From: Octopus vulgaris
Lineage: Eukaryota
Direction: 5' to 3'
Assembly (NCBI GenBank): GCA_951406725.2
Contig: OX597824.1
Coordinates: 30,008,001-30,072,000, forward strand
DNA length: 64,000 nt
Of the stretch, positions 1 through 12,399 are shown in pieces. The notes under the pieces were generated by a model that saw nothing but the letters and a program-made list of their open reading frames with translations, searched no databases and was not told where the DNA came from. Position 1 is the stretch's first letter; the number at the start of each line of letters is the position of its first letter. Both the position numbers and the translations under genes were made by a program.

Positions 1-204
1 TATGTACGTATGTATGTATATATATAAAGAGAGAGAGATTAGTATAATACGTAAGCCATACATAACGCACACGGACTTATGCATACGTACATAATACGTA
101 CACACATCCATATATATTATATATCATATCTTCAACATATTTCCAAAGGGATCAACATACATTTATTTAATAGTTGCATATATTTTTTCACTCCTAATTT
201 ATTC

Positions 205-216
205 AACAATAATAAC

Positions 217-271
<55 letters not shown>

Positions 272-280
272 GTAATAGTA

Positions 281-328
<48 letters not shown>

Positions 329-340
329 GTAATAGTAATA
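205..340. repeat. (AAT)n microsatellite
   Basis: Long AAT run with a few AGT variants; source of the poly-N/poly-L ORFs. Confidence 0.97.
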
Positions 341-696
341 AAACTTCATTTGAAAAACTCTTTAAATTGAAAATCAATTCATAGCTATTTATTTCAATTT
401 TTTTCCGACTCAGTTCCGACTCAGGTCAACAATCGGAGACCCTTAATAAGAATTAGATAAATTAGAAACTTATTTAATAATATCTACGACTATGCGTGTG
501 GGGGTGTTGCAGGGTTTTGATGTTTCTTTAGGGGCCTTTTTATTTTTTTTTTTTTGGTGGGAGATTTTTCTGTTTGCATTCAAGCAATTTCCGTTTGCAA
601 AATTGCTTTGGAATATAATTTTTGGCCTTCTTCTTTCAACACTTAAACTGCGATATTGGATAGCATATTACAAACGAAGATAAAGTATATATATAT

Positions 697-1080
697 GGAG
701 GCAGTGTAGTCGAAAAACTCGCTTATAACTACGTGGTTTCATGTTCAGTCACACTGCGCGGCACATTGGACGTGTGTCATCTACTAAAACCCCCGGCAAA
801 CTAATGCACCGTGAGAAAATTTGATAGTCGGAAACTGTGCGGAAACCCGTCGTATATGTGCGTGTGTGTGTTGCTTTGTGTTTGTGTTTATCTTTCCACC
901 ATTTGACAACCTGTGTTGGTTTGTTTACGCATCTGTAACATAGAGATTCAGAAAAGGAAACCAATGGAATAAGTGCCAAACTGAAAAACTAAGTACTGGA
1001 ATCGATCTTGACGACTAGATCACTTCCAAGCGGTTCCCCGGGATGGCCGCAGACAAGTGGCAAACAAGTGAGAGATAAAG
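697..1080 (+). mobile_element. Diverged tRNA-derived SINE, family A
   Basis: Colinear with the reverse complement of the better copies at 1610-2051 and 27775-28295 (GTTCAGTCACACTGCG B-box region, GGAAACTG..GAAACCCGTCGTATATGTG body, GGCCGCAG..AAACAAGT tail). Confidence 0.75.
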
Positions 1081-1175
1081 GATAACAGATATCTATTTAT
1101 CGATATAGATAGATAGATAGCTAAATGCAGATGTAGATATATTTATACATATATATGTATACATATGTATAAATT

Positions 1176-1394
1176 GCATTCAAAATGTGACCGCGTGTGT
1201 ACCGTTGGCAATTTTTTTTCCTCTGTCTTCCCTTCTCTGGATCTTTCCTTCTCCTATGTTTCCGACGAAGAGCTCCGCTCGAAACGTTAGACACTCCTTC
1301 TTCCCTTCCTTCCTGAGCGTCCAATAATACTATATTTGTTCCACGTCCTCGCGTTGTTGTGTTTTCTCTTTGTGTTTTCATGTTTGGATTAACT

Positions 1395-1400
<6 letters not shown>
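1176..1400 (+). mobile_element. Penelope-like terminal remnant with minimal hammerhead motif
   Basis: Non-coding, pyrimidine-rich segment ending in a (TA)n tract; contains TGTTT-CCGACGA-A-GAGC-TCC-GCTC-GAAA-CG-TT-AGACA at 1257-1293. Confidence 0.6.
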
Positions 1401-1440
<40 letters not shown>

Positions 1441-1609
1441 TGTATGTATGTATGAGTGTATGTGTATGGTGTCATATACATATACGTACAAATACACACA
1501 CACACACAAACACATACATGCATACTACATACATACACATACATATATACATATGTACATACATATATATACACACACATACACACATACATTTATATAT
1601 ATTCTTTAA

Positions 1610-1835
1610 TTCTTTTACTTGTTTCAGTCATTTGACTGCAGCCATACTGGAGCACCGCCTTTAGTCGAGCAAATCGACCCCAGGACTTATTTCTTGTAAG
1701 CCTAGTACTTATTCTTTCGGTCTTTTTTGAGGAACCGCTAAGTTACGGGAACGTAAACACACCGACATCGGTTGTCAAGTGATGTTGGAGTGACAAACAC
1801 AGACACACAAACTTATACACGCACACACACACATA

Positions 1836-1891
<56 letters not shown>

Positions 1892-2051
1892 CACGACGGG
1901 CTTCTTTCAGTTTCCGTTTACCAAATCCACTCACAACGCTTTGGTCGGCCCAAAGTAGAAAACACTTGCCCAAGGTGACACGCAGTGGGACTGAACTCGG
2001 AACCATGTGGTAGGTAAGCAAGCTACTTACCACACAGCCACACCTGCGCCC
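1610..2051 (-). mobile_element. tRNA-derived SINE family A with internal (TA)/(TG) microsatellite
   Basis: Minus strand reads GGCGCAGG-TGGCTGTGTGG (A box)...GTTCAGTCCC (B box), conserved body, internal microsatellite, tail GGCTGCAGTCAAATGACTGAAACAAGTAAAAG; about 25 copies or fragments in the window. Confidence 0.92.
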
Positions 2052-2199
2052 GTGGCATATATTTCTGTGTTTTTAACATTGTAATGCCTATAACAGATAC
2101 TATCATAGCTAGTTTAAATATTTTGTCTATTTCAATGTAATACTGCTTCTGTTGTGAATATCGAATATGTATAATCTTTATGTGTATGTGTGTATGTGT

Positions 2200-2780
<581 letters not shown>

Positions 2781-3488
2781 ACGCACCTCTGTGTGTGTTT
2801 TTGTGTATGTGTGTGTGGTCTGCTAATATGTACAATTAGTTCAGAATTATGCTGACCTTCCATATTCTGACATTGACCGTCTGCTTCGATGAAATAACCC
2901 CCACCAGTCACCCATAGAAACAGCAGATCAGTAATCAACTGGACAAACAAGAAGAACCAGAATAAAAGTACAAATGCAAAACTAAACGTAATCCTTCAGT
3001 TGCGTTATCTTTCCATAGAATCCCATCCATGGCTGGCCGAAATCGTTTCCAATCAACCACAAAGATTCTTCATAACACAGAAGCATTTTCTAAAGGAAGT
3101 GCCATTCCATCGGAGCTCTTAATAACAATCTGTCATTTTCCCATTGCGTTCACCAATTACTAAGCACACAAACGCATAGACATATATATATAACTTCATA
3201 GATATGTATACGTTTATGTGTGTAAGTAGATACATATGCGATTGCACGAACACGTACACATACAGCTCAGTATATTTCGATACGCATTCGATTTGATAAA
3301 TCTATAGACATATGTTTCCTTGTGATTTTACTAATTTCATTGATGCCATGTAATAAGAGATATTGATCGAAGTAATGATGCTTACGTAATCATTATGGTC
3401 ATGCATGCGCATGGTAAATGCACCAATACATTATAATATACATACGTGCTGGTGTATATGTATATATATGTGTGTGTGTGTGTGCGTG

Positions 3489-3560
<72 letters not shown>

Positions 3561-3624
3561 CATATGTGCGTACATAGATAAACATATATATACAATACAT
3601 ACACACACACACACATACATACAA

Positions 3625-3670
<46 letters not shown>

Positions 3671-3967
3671 CGTATATATATATATATATATATGTATGTA
3701 TTAGAAGAAATAAGGTACTCAGAAATCTGGATGGTTTTATATTTACAGATATTTATTAATATGTCACATGTTTTTATAATATCATATATTACCGCTTGCA
3801 TCCACTCTACTGGAGTCGTCAGATTGAACTTTTTCAGGAATGTTGTTTCTTTTTATAGTAGAGTGCATAAAATAAGTACCAGCTAAGCACTGAGTCCAGT
3901 GTAATGGACTTACCTGCTACCTAAAATTGCTGGCCTTGTGCCAAAAATTTGAAACAAATATTATTTA

Positions 3968-4110
3968 AGGCGGCGAGCTGGCAGAAGTGTTAACAAGTCA
4001 GGCAAAACGCTTAGCGGCATTTCGTCCGTCTTTATGTTCTGAGTTCACATTCGCTAATGTCGACTTTGCATTTCATCCTTGCGGGGTCGATAAAATAAGT
4101 ACCAGTCGAG
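3968..4110 (+). mobile_element. tRNA-derived SINE family B
   Basis: GGCGGCGAGCTGGCAGAA head, GTTCTGAGTTCA B box, GTCGACTTTGCATTTCATCCTT..GGGGTCGATAAAATAAGTACCAG core (recalled as similar to the MetaSINE central domain). Confidence 0.85.
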
Positions 4111-4261
4111 CATTTGTAAATACCACAACTTATCTTGTCCGTCACACTAATCCATTACTTCAAGACTGGTACTTTATTTATCAACCCTAAAAAAGATAGA
4201 AGGCAAAGTTGACCGCGGTAGGATTTGATCTCGCAAAGCAGAAAGCTGGAACAAATACACC

Positions 4262-4294
<33 letters not shown>

Positions 4295-4471
4295 CGCGCG
4301 CGTGTTTGCGTGCGTAAATGAGAGCGTGTGTTTGTGCGTGAATGTGTGTGATATATGTTACATAGGAAAAGAAAGAGAAGTTCAAAATAAATAGACAGAC
4401 AGACTGACAGACAGACAAACAGATAGATAGATAGATAGATAGATAGATGGATAGATAGATAGATAGATAGG

Positions 4472-4540
<69 letters not shown>

Positions 4541-5533
4541 GGATGGATAGATAGATAGATAGAGGGAGAGTGTTTGAGAAAGAGAGAGTAGAGTGGGATG
4601 GCAGAAACATGACGAGAATAATAGTAAGAGAGAGAGAGAGAGGGAGAGAGAGAGAGAGAAAGAGAGAGACAGAGAGAGATGGTGCTTGAAATATTGAAAC
4701 AAATTTAATGCATGAATTTTTATTAAATGGTTGATTCCTTCTTGCTATCATCATTTTTTTGGGGTTTCATTTTTGTTTTATTTCTCTTAATTTTTTTTTT
4801 TTTTTTATATATAATTTGCTAAACTCGAGTTCTTTCCCCGAACTGCGATCATCTGTTAAATTATCATCCACGACAAAACAATGGTTTACCAATATTAAAT
4901 TCACCAATAACTTGATGTTGGAAATAATAAGTTGTTACTGGGAATATGGATTTAAAAACGATGCAAATCGCTTTTGATGTTTGTCCTTCAAACATAGTTG
5001 AATATTGATGTTTAGCCAACGCAAGGGAATGCGAAAACAAACATTTTGTTATAAATGATAAAACATGAAATTGTAAAATACAGCAAAATCGAATGACCTT
5101 ACAACGAATCTCAGATGGGTTTCTTTTTTTACATACTTACCAATACACTAAAAATATAAAAATATTTCTTAAGTATGTAAAAAATATAACGTTTATTAGA
5201 GGTTCAAAAACATATAAAATTACAGTCGAATATGTTAATATATATTTTGTAATACATTTTTTTTTTAAAAATTGATCCCGGAAACCGAAAATCAGAATTT
5301 CCTTTTAAAAGAATAAAATAATGTTGGAATTGTATTTAATATTTGTTTATTTATTTAATTATCTGTTTATTTTATTTTATCTTTTTTTTTTTTTTTTTTT
5401 TTTTCTAGTTTTCGAAATCAAAGCTGGACAATTTCTCGTTCTTTCAAATGTCGACAAAGAGGAAAAAATATTAAGTGGATATAGTCTTTGATCAATCATT
5501 GCTTAATCGTCAATTAATTTCTGAAATGCTTAT

Positions 5534-5575
<42 letters not shown>

Positions 5576-5598
5576 ACACTCTCACACACACACACGCA

Positions 5599-5630
<32 letters not shown>

Positions 5631-5909
5631 AACACACAAGCACACAAACGCGCGCGCACACATTTCTACGCATATACTCAGATTTGCATATATGCAAATG
5701 TATGAATACATGTATAAGTTGCATTTGTGATCTAAAATTGATTTTATAAATGAAAAATAGTTAATTACCATATGTGTGTATGTGTGTGTGTTTGCATGTT
5801 TGCGTGTGTGCGTGTGTATATGCATGAGTGTGTTACATATATACATACACACATACACACATATATACATACGCATGTATGCACACGTATATATATGTGT
5901 GTATGTATT

Positions 5910-5945
<36 letters not shown>

Positions 5946-6022
5946 TAATAATATTAGGGAGTATAACTCCAAACTTACAAGGAAAAATTCAAATTAGTAT
6001 TAAATCAAATTTCACAATATAC

Positions 6023-6144
6023 ATATATAAAATATAAATTAGAGATAAAACCACTATTATGCAACTCAAACAATATATATATTTGTTATTTATGTTTTGG
6101 TTTATATCTATCACTGAGTTGCATAATAGTGGTTTTATCACTAA

Positions 6145-6160
<16 letters not shown>
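6023..6160. repeat. 46-bp inverted repeat (one mismatch) with 46-bp spacer
   Basis: 6023-6068 is the reverse complement of 6115-6160; a similar arm sequence ends the hammerhead-bearing element at 57419-57450. Confidence 0.9.
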
Positions 6161-6188
<28 letters not shown>

Positions 6189-6207
6189 ATGTATATATAT
6201 ATAGGGT

Positions 6208-7114
6208 GCCTGTGTCATCCATGTTTTTAACCGTTACTGTCTCCAAAAAAGTTTTTTTCGTTTCATGTTCGTCTCTGTTGCGTTGCATTCTTTCCTTCTG
6301 TGGCTGGCTGAATCAGAGCGGATCTCAGAATTAAACAGCCGAAATCTGCGATGAGGAATCAGTTTCTGACTGAAGAACGAAGGCTTTGAATGACCCGTTG
6401 TCTGTTATGTTCGTCCCTTCGTGTATTTCACGTTATTTATTTATGTAAAGGTTTATTATATATTTCGCAGCGTACGTGCATAATAACTTCTTTATGTTTA
6501 TCATATCACCATCCCTGCACGATGTCTTTAAACTTTTTTCTTTCCTTCGCCATTGCTTCGTTGCCAAATTGTTTTGGCGCCTTTTTCTCCCAGCCTCTCT
6601 GATTCCTTCTCTCCCTCTCTCTCTTGGTCACTGCTTCTTCTCTGATTCCTTCTCTCCCTCTCTCTCTTGGTCACTGCTTCTGTCCTCGCCTTCCACCCTC
6701 CTTGGTCCCCTCTCTCTCTTACCCTCTTGCGACTTGCTGCCTCAGCCATTCTGTTGCCATCGGTCGCTTGTTCAACATGTCTCATCACCGAAAAGGTAAT
6801 TATTTTTCCACGCTTGCTGATATTGTTTTTGTGTCTCCTTTTGTCTCAAAGCCGTAGCGCGCCTGTGTCATCCATGTTTTTAACCGTTACTGTCTCCAAA
6901 AAAGTTTTTTTCGTTTCAGGTTCGTCTCTGTTGCGTTGCATTCTTTCCTTCTGTGGCTGGCTGATTCAGAGCGGATTTCAGAATTAAACAGCCGAAATCT
7001 GCGATGAGGAATCAGTTTCTGACTGAAGAACGAAGGCTTTGAATGACCCGTTATCTGTTATGTTTGTCCCTTCGTGTATTTCACGTTATTTATTATGTAA
7101 AGGTTTATTATATA
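6208..7114 (+). mobile_element. Non-coding element bounded by about 255-bp direct repeats (pseudo-LTR-like, probably non-autonomous Penelope-like)
   Basis: 6208-6463 and 6861-7114 are nearly identical; interior lacks a meaningful ORF; no TG..CA LTR ends; left end abuts (TA)n. Confidence 0.7.
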
Positions 7115-7449
7115 TAGTTGTCTGTGTTTATGTTTCTGTGAATGTATTTATGCTTGTATGTATGTATGTTTGCAAGTATGTATGTATGTATGCATGTATG
7201 CATGTATGTATGTAAGTATGTATCTCTTATCTTTTTCTTGCTTCAATCACTGAACTGCGGCCAACCTTGGGCACGGCCTTGTGTCGATTCGTTCGACTAA
7301 AGGCGGTACTACAGCATGGCCGCAGTCAAATGACTGAAACAAGTAAAAGATTAAAAGAATTATAGAATATATGTATGTATAATACGTACCTATTTATCTA
7401 TCTACACACACACATACAAACAAATATATATGTATGTATGTATAATATG

Positions 7450-7527
<78 letters not shown>

Positions 7528-7804
7528 TTGTTATATTTCGGAATGGTCATTTTGCCAATTTAGCCAACAAAAACACATGCACTATATATTTGGTGTTATT
7601 TTGCTTCAGTGTTATTTATTTTTTACATTAATCTTATTTCAGCCAGAGTTCTTTCCTCACACTCCTGTGACAGCATCAGTGGTCCTTTGTTTTCTTCTTT
7701 CTTATTTGTGTCTCTCCTTACTAACCGTCAGCCATTTTGTAATTCATTGATCATTGTTCTATCACACGGTGTTACCAATAGTAATGTCATCATAATCCAT
7801 ACGT

Positions 7805-7808
<4 letters not shown>
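7528..7808 (-). mobile_element. Penelope-like remnant with decayed hammerhead
   Basis: Minus strand 7642-7684: CCA-CTGATGC-T-GTCACA-GGAG-TGTGAG-GAAA-GAAC-TC-TGG; lies between (TA)n tracts. Confidence 0.55.
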
Positions 7809-7834
<26 letters not shown>

Positions 7835-7836
<2 letters not shown>

Positions 7837-8021
7837 TCAGGAAAAATAAAACAAAAGACGAGGACAGGTAGTGAAGAAAACAAATAGATGTATTAGTATA
7901 ACGCTCGGGAATTGAAAAAGTCTTTGACGTTTCCACCCTACGCCTTTCCACTGAAGGGAACACAGAAAGAAACAAGGAGAGAAAAAAATGTATGTAATGG
8001 CTACCGATCTATCATGGCGAA

Positions 8022-8025
<4 letters not shown>
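7835..8025 (-). mobile_element. Penelope-like remnant, same family as 29235-29440 and 43500-43805
   Basis: Shared motif GCGTAGG-n-GAAACGT..AAAGACTT; (TA)n on both sides. Confidence 0.65.
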
Positions 8026-8070
<45 letters not shown>

Positions 8071-8439
8071 CATTTAAATACATATATGTGCATATATTAT
8101 ATTCTATAAAGTATCGCGTTCAAATCCATAGCATGGCAAAATGGGCAGGTATCTCTAAACATTACTCGAGTCAATCCAAGACCTGCGACTAAAACGGCGA
8201 AGAGGGAAATTGTGCGTAAGCCCATCGGATGAGTTGTACCTCTAATTCATTGATCATTGTTCTATCACACGGTGTTACCAATAGCAATGTCATCATAATC
8301 CATACGTTATGACGTCATGAATACACGTGTCAGCAGTATACTCAGCCAATAAAATTATAATTCGATACTTAGTCCAGTTTATCAAACTATTTGAATCAGT
8401 CATCATCGACATAGACGGAAGATAATTTTTTTTTTAATT

Positions 8440-8584
8440 ATGCGTGGCTGTGCGGTAAGAAGTTTGCTTCTCAACGACCTGATTTCGGGTTCAGTCCCAC
8501 TGCTTGGAACTTTGGGCTTTATAGCCTCGGACTCACCAAAACCATTTGAATGGATTTTGTAGACGGAAACTGAAAGAATCGTGT

Positions 8585-8616
<32 letters not shown>

Positions 8617-8698
8617 GTGTGTATTGTATGTATGTGTGTGTGTCTGTATGTGTGTGTGTGTGTGTGTGTATGTGTCTATGTCTGTGTCTGTGTCTGTG

Positions 8699-8787
<89 letters not shown>

Positions 8788-8985
8788 TCATCGCTTGACA
8801 ACTGGTGCTGGTGTTTTTATGTCCCTGCATCGTTGCAGTTCGGCAAAAGAGGTCGACTTTGCATTTCATTCTTTCGGAGTTCTATAAAATAAGTACCAGT
8901 TGAGTACTGGGGTCGATGTAATCGACTTACCCACTACCCCACCCACCCCGAATCTACTGGCCTTGTGGCAAAACTTGAAACCGTT
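8440..8985 (+). mobile_element. SINE family A head/body joined to family B 3' part
   Basis: A-type head and (TG)n body up to GTTCGGCAAAAGAG, then the B core GTCGACTTTGCATTTCATTCTTTCGG. Confidence 0.7.
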
Positions 8986-10256
8986 ATTTATATCTATAAT
9001 TAAGTAATAAATGCAAATACAAGTCAATTTAACAAGAAATAACCACTCTCCACTTTTTCAAATTTCTCTCATTCTTTCCCTCTCTCTGTCTATCTCTGTT
9101 TCTCTCACTGCTCACACACACAAACCCACGCACACACACACGCACACACACATATACACACACAGTGACACAGATATTGGTAAATATATATGTATATATG
9201 TACACACATATATACACACACATATATATACATATATGCATATATATTATGTATATGCATGTGTGTGTATGTGTGTGTGCGCGCGCTCGTGTGTGTGGAT
9301 GTGTGTGTTTGAGTGCTTAATGAATCTAGCCCTAATTAAGTGTTTTAATTGTAATCAACATCAATGTTTTGTGATTCTTTTGATGATTTGAAAATCCTTT
9401 TAATTATTTTGTGATAATTATAATTTAAATAAAAATATTTATCATTTATTTTTCATTAATTACTTGTTTGAGTGGCGGTGGATTGGCAAACCCTTTAGCG
9501 CGTCGAACAAAATGGATAGCAGTTTGTTTTCCGGACCTTCACGTTCTAGGTTCAAATACCACAAGAGGTCAACCTTGCCTTTCGTGCTTTCGGTATCGAT
9601 AAAATAAGTACCTATTGAGTTCTGGGATCGATATAATAATTTTAGCCCCACTCTTTCGAACTTGCTGGCCTTGTGTCAAAATTTAAAACCAATATTTGTT
9701 CAAAAAAGAGAAAAAAAGGTGGTGAGCTGGCAGATTCGTTTGCGCGTCGGACAAAGTGCTAAGTAACATTTCTTTCGCCTCTTTTCGTTCTAAGTTCGAA
9801 TTCGCCGTGGTCGACTTTACTTTCAGGGTCGATGAAATAAGTACAAATCGAGCATTGGAAGTGATGCAATCGACTTGCCTCTCCTTTCAAAACTGCTGAC
9901 TTTATTTCGAAATTTTTAATCGTCTATTATATTTTCTCTTTTTAAACTTCTGCAAACTTTTTGCACTACAAATTTTAAAATTTTACTTCGTACTATCTTT
10001 TCAGGTTTCAAATTTTTGCATTATAAATGCCCTCACTTCAAATTCAAAGTACACTTCAGAGCAAAAAGTGAAAGTACTTTTTTCTTAGCTAAAATGTGTT
10101 TCTTCGGCAAAAAGCAAAAGTTCTAGTTTTTAAAATATAAGCGATAAAACGAACCTTTATATCTTTAAATACTTGTTCATATCTATCATTTTTGTTGTTG
10201 TTGTTGTTGTTTTTTTTACCTACGAATAACTGGATCCCATATCTTTCACTACTTTA

Positions 10257-10685
10257 AGGCGACAAGCTGGCAGAATGGCTAGCACGCCGGGCGAAATGCT
10301 TAGCGGTGTTTCGTCTGCCGTTACGTTCTGAGTTCAAATTCCGCCGAGGTCGACTTTGCCTTTCATCCTTTCGGGGTCGATAAATTAAGTACCAGTTACG
10401 TACTGGGGTCGATGTAATTGACTTAATCCCTTTGTCTGTCCTTGTTTGTCCCCTCTATGTTTAGCCCCTTGTGGGCAATAAAGAAATAAGAATGGTTAGC
10501 ACGCCGGACGAAGTTCTCTGCAGTATTTCGCCCGTCGCTACGTTCTGAGTTCAAATTCCGCCGAGGTCGACTTTGTCTTTCATCCTTTCGGGGTCGATAA
10601 ATTACGTACCAGTGAAACACTAGAGTCGATGTAATCAACTATCCCCTCCCCCAAATTCCAGGCCTTGTGCCTATAATAGAAAGAA
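10257..10685 (+). mobile_element. SINE family B, tandem dimer
   Basis: Full unit with AAAGAAATAAG tail joined directly to a second unit starting AATGGTTAGCACGCCGG. Confidence 0.9.
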
Positions 10686-11474
10686 ATATTTTTCAATACT
10701 TGTTCAATTAATATATCGTTGCGAATACAGATTTTATTCTTAATTCAAATTTGACAATGTATCCAGTCAAAATGTTCTATTTGTTTTATGTTAAAACTGG
10801 CCAAGTCTGGTCTCTCACACCTACCCTAGAATGTCATTCTAAAAGTATACAATCACATCATTGAGATCTCAGAGCTACAATATGGTGCATGATTAATTCA
10901 AAACAATGTGAGTCAATAAGCATTACATATGATAGAGTGATCTGAATGCTAAAGAGTTAAGCAACGTTAATCATAGAGAGAAGTCGGAGACTTGAAAGAG
11001 CAAGGGAAATAAAAACAAAAAAAAAATGAGACGATAGAGTCAAAAGATGGGAAAACAGCAAGTGCAAGAAATGAAAGAAAGTTTGAGTCAGATGACTCAA
11101 CATGACTGAGTACAAACGAGCAAGTTGCTTACGTAACCAAAGAGGAAGTCAAAAGATACGAAGAAAGAACATGGACGATGAATAGAGAGCTGATTATAAG
11201 CGACGGCATCGAGAGAGAGCGGTGGGGGGGGGCAGACAGAAAGACAGACAGACAGACAGAGAAGAGTGCAATGAAATTACAAGAACGAGGAACAGCAGAA
11301 AAAATATCAGGAACAAACTTCAAAGGAAGAAATTTTGTATGATAAGGAAATATGGAGAATGAACAACAGTTACTTAATTTGAGAAATGATAAAACAAGAA
11401 AGTAACGTCAGACGTTTTTTTGGGTTTCTATGACACATCATCAAAATTAACAATTTGCAGGTGAACCATACAAT

Positions 11475-11700
11475 ACCTATTTCTTTACTACTCACAAGAG
11501 GCTAAACACAGAGAGGACAAACAAGGACAGCCAAACGGACTAAGTCGATTACAGCGATTCCAGTGCGTAACTGGTCCTTAATTTATCGACCCCGAAAGGA
11601 TGAAAGACAAAGACGACCTCGGTGGAATTTGAACTCAGAACGTAGCAGCAGACGAAATACCGCTAAGCATTTCGCCCGGCGTGCTAACGATTCTGCCTTA
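11475..11700 (-). mobile_element. SINE family B
   Basis: Reverse complement of family B; flanked by TACAATACC direct repeat (TSD). Confidence 0.88.
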
Positions 11701-11764
11701 CAATACCAGAGCAAGATCCTGGTTATATATTGATACTTTGAGATCCAGAAATGAGGCACTAAAT

Positions 11765-12399
11765 CAGTGGTTCTCAATTAAGGCCCACATAGCCTTTTGG
11801 GCTCCAAATAAGATTTTGTTGTTAAGATTTATGTGCAACAAATTGGTTATACTTCTATAATACACAAAATTTTTAAGCATTTTTTCATAAATCCCTAATC
11901 TCTCTCTATATAAAGTTGAAGTTGTCTGTGTATGGTAGGTTTGGTAGCCTTCAACTAACACTATCTCATCCGAGACACTGCGGCGCAAGTTGACCAAAAT
12001 TGAGAGTATGATAGAAGAAGGTTTGCTCTTCCTTCCGTAGAAAGAAACAATTCAAATCGGACTATGTTAACACCAAAAATTATTTACATCAAAAAGGTGC
12101 TTTTTTTCCTATGAAAACCTCTATTTTTTACGATTTTTTGACTGCTGTGTCGCCATTTTTCGGTGTATTTCAACCAGAAAAAATGTTCCCTTACAGAGAA
12201 AAACAAGCTACATAATGCAAAATTTTTACTTTTCAAAAATTCCAATTCTAAAGGGTCGAAACAAACCCGAGCAACGCCGGGTGATACTGCTAGTGATATT
12301 TAATGTTAAAAATGTTATAAAAGTTTTTAGACATCGAATGGCTATGACGGTCCATAGGCAAAACAGGAATCAAAGGTAGGAAATGGTTAAGAAGCTCTG
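11765..12399. mobile_element. hAT-type MITE interrupted by a Helitron
   Basis: CAGTGGTTCTCAA...TTAAGAAGCTCTG termini; 8-bp TSD CACTAAAT/CTCTAAAT; related copy at about 34585-34824. Confidence 0.7.
11899..12293 (+). mobile_element. Non-autonomous Helitron
   Basis: 5' TC..TATATAAAG, 3' hairpin CCCGAGCAACGCCGGG then CTAG, inserted between A and T with no TSD. Confidence 0.85.
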
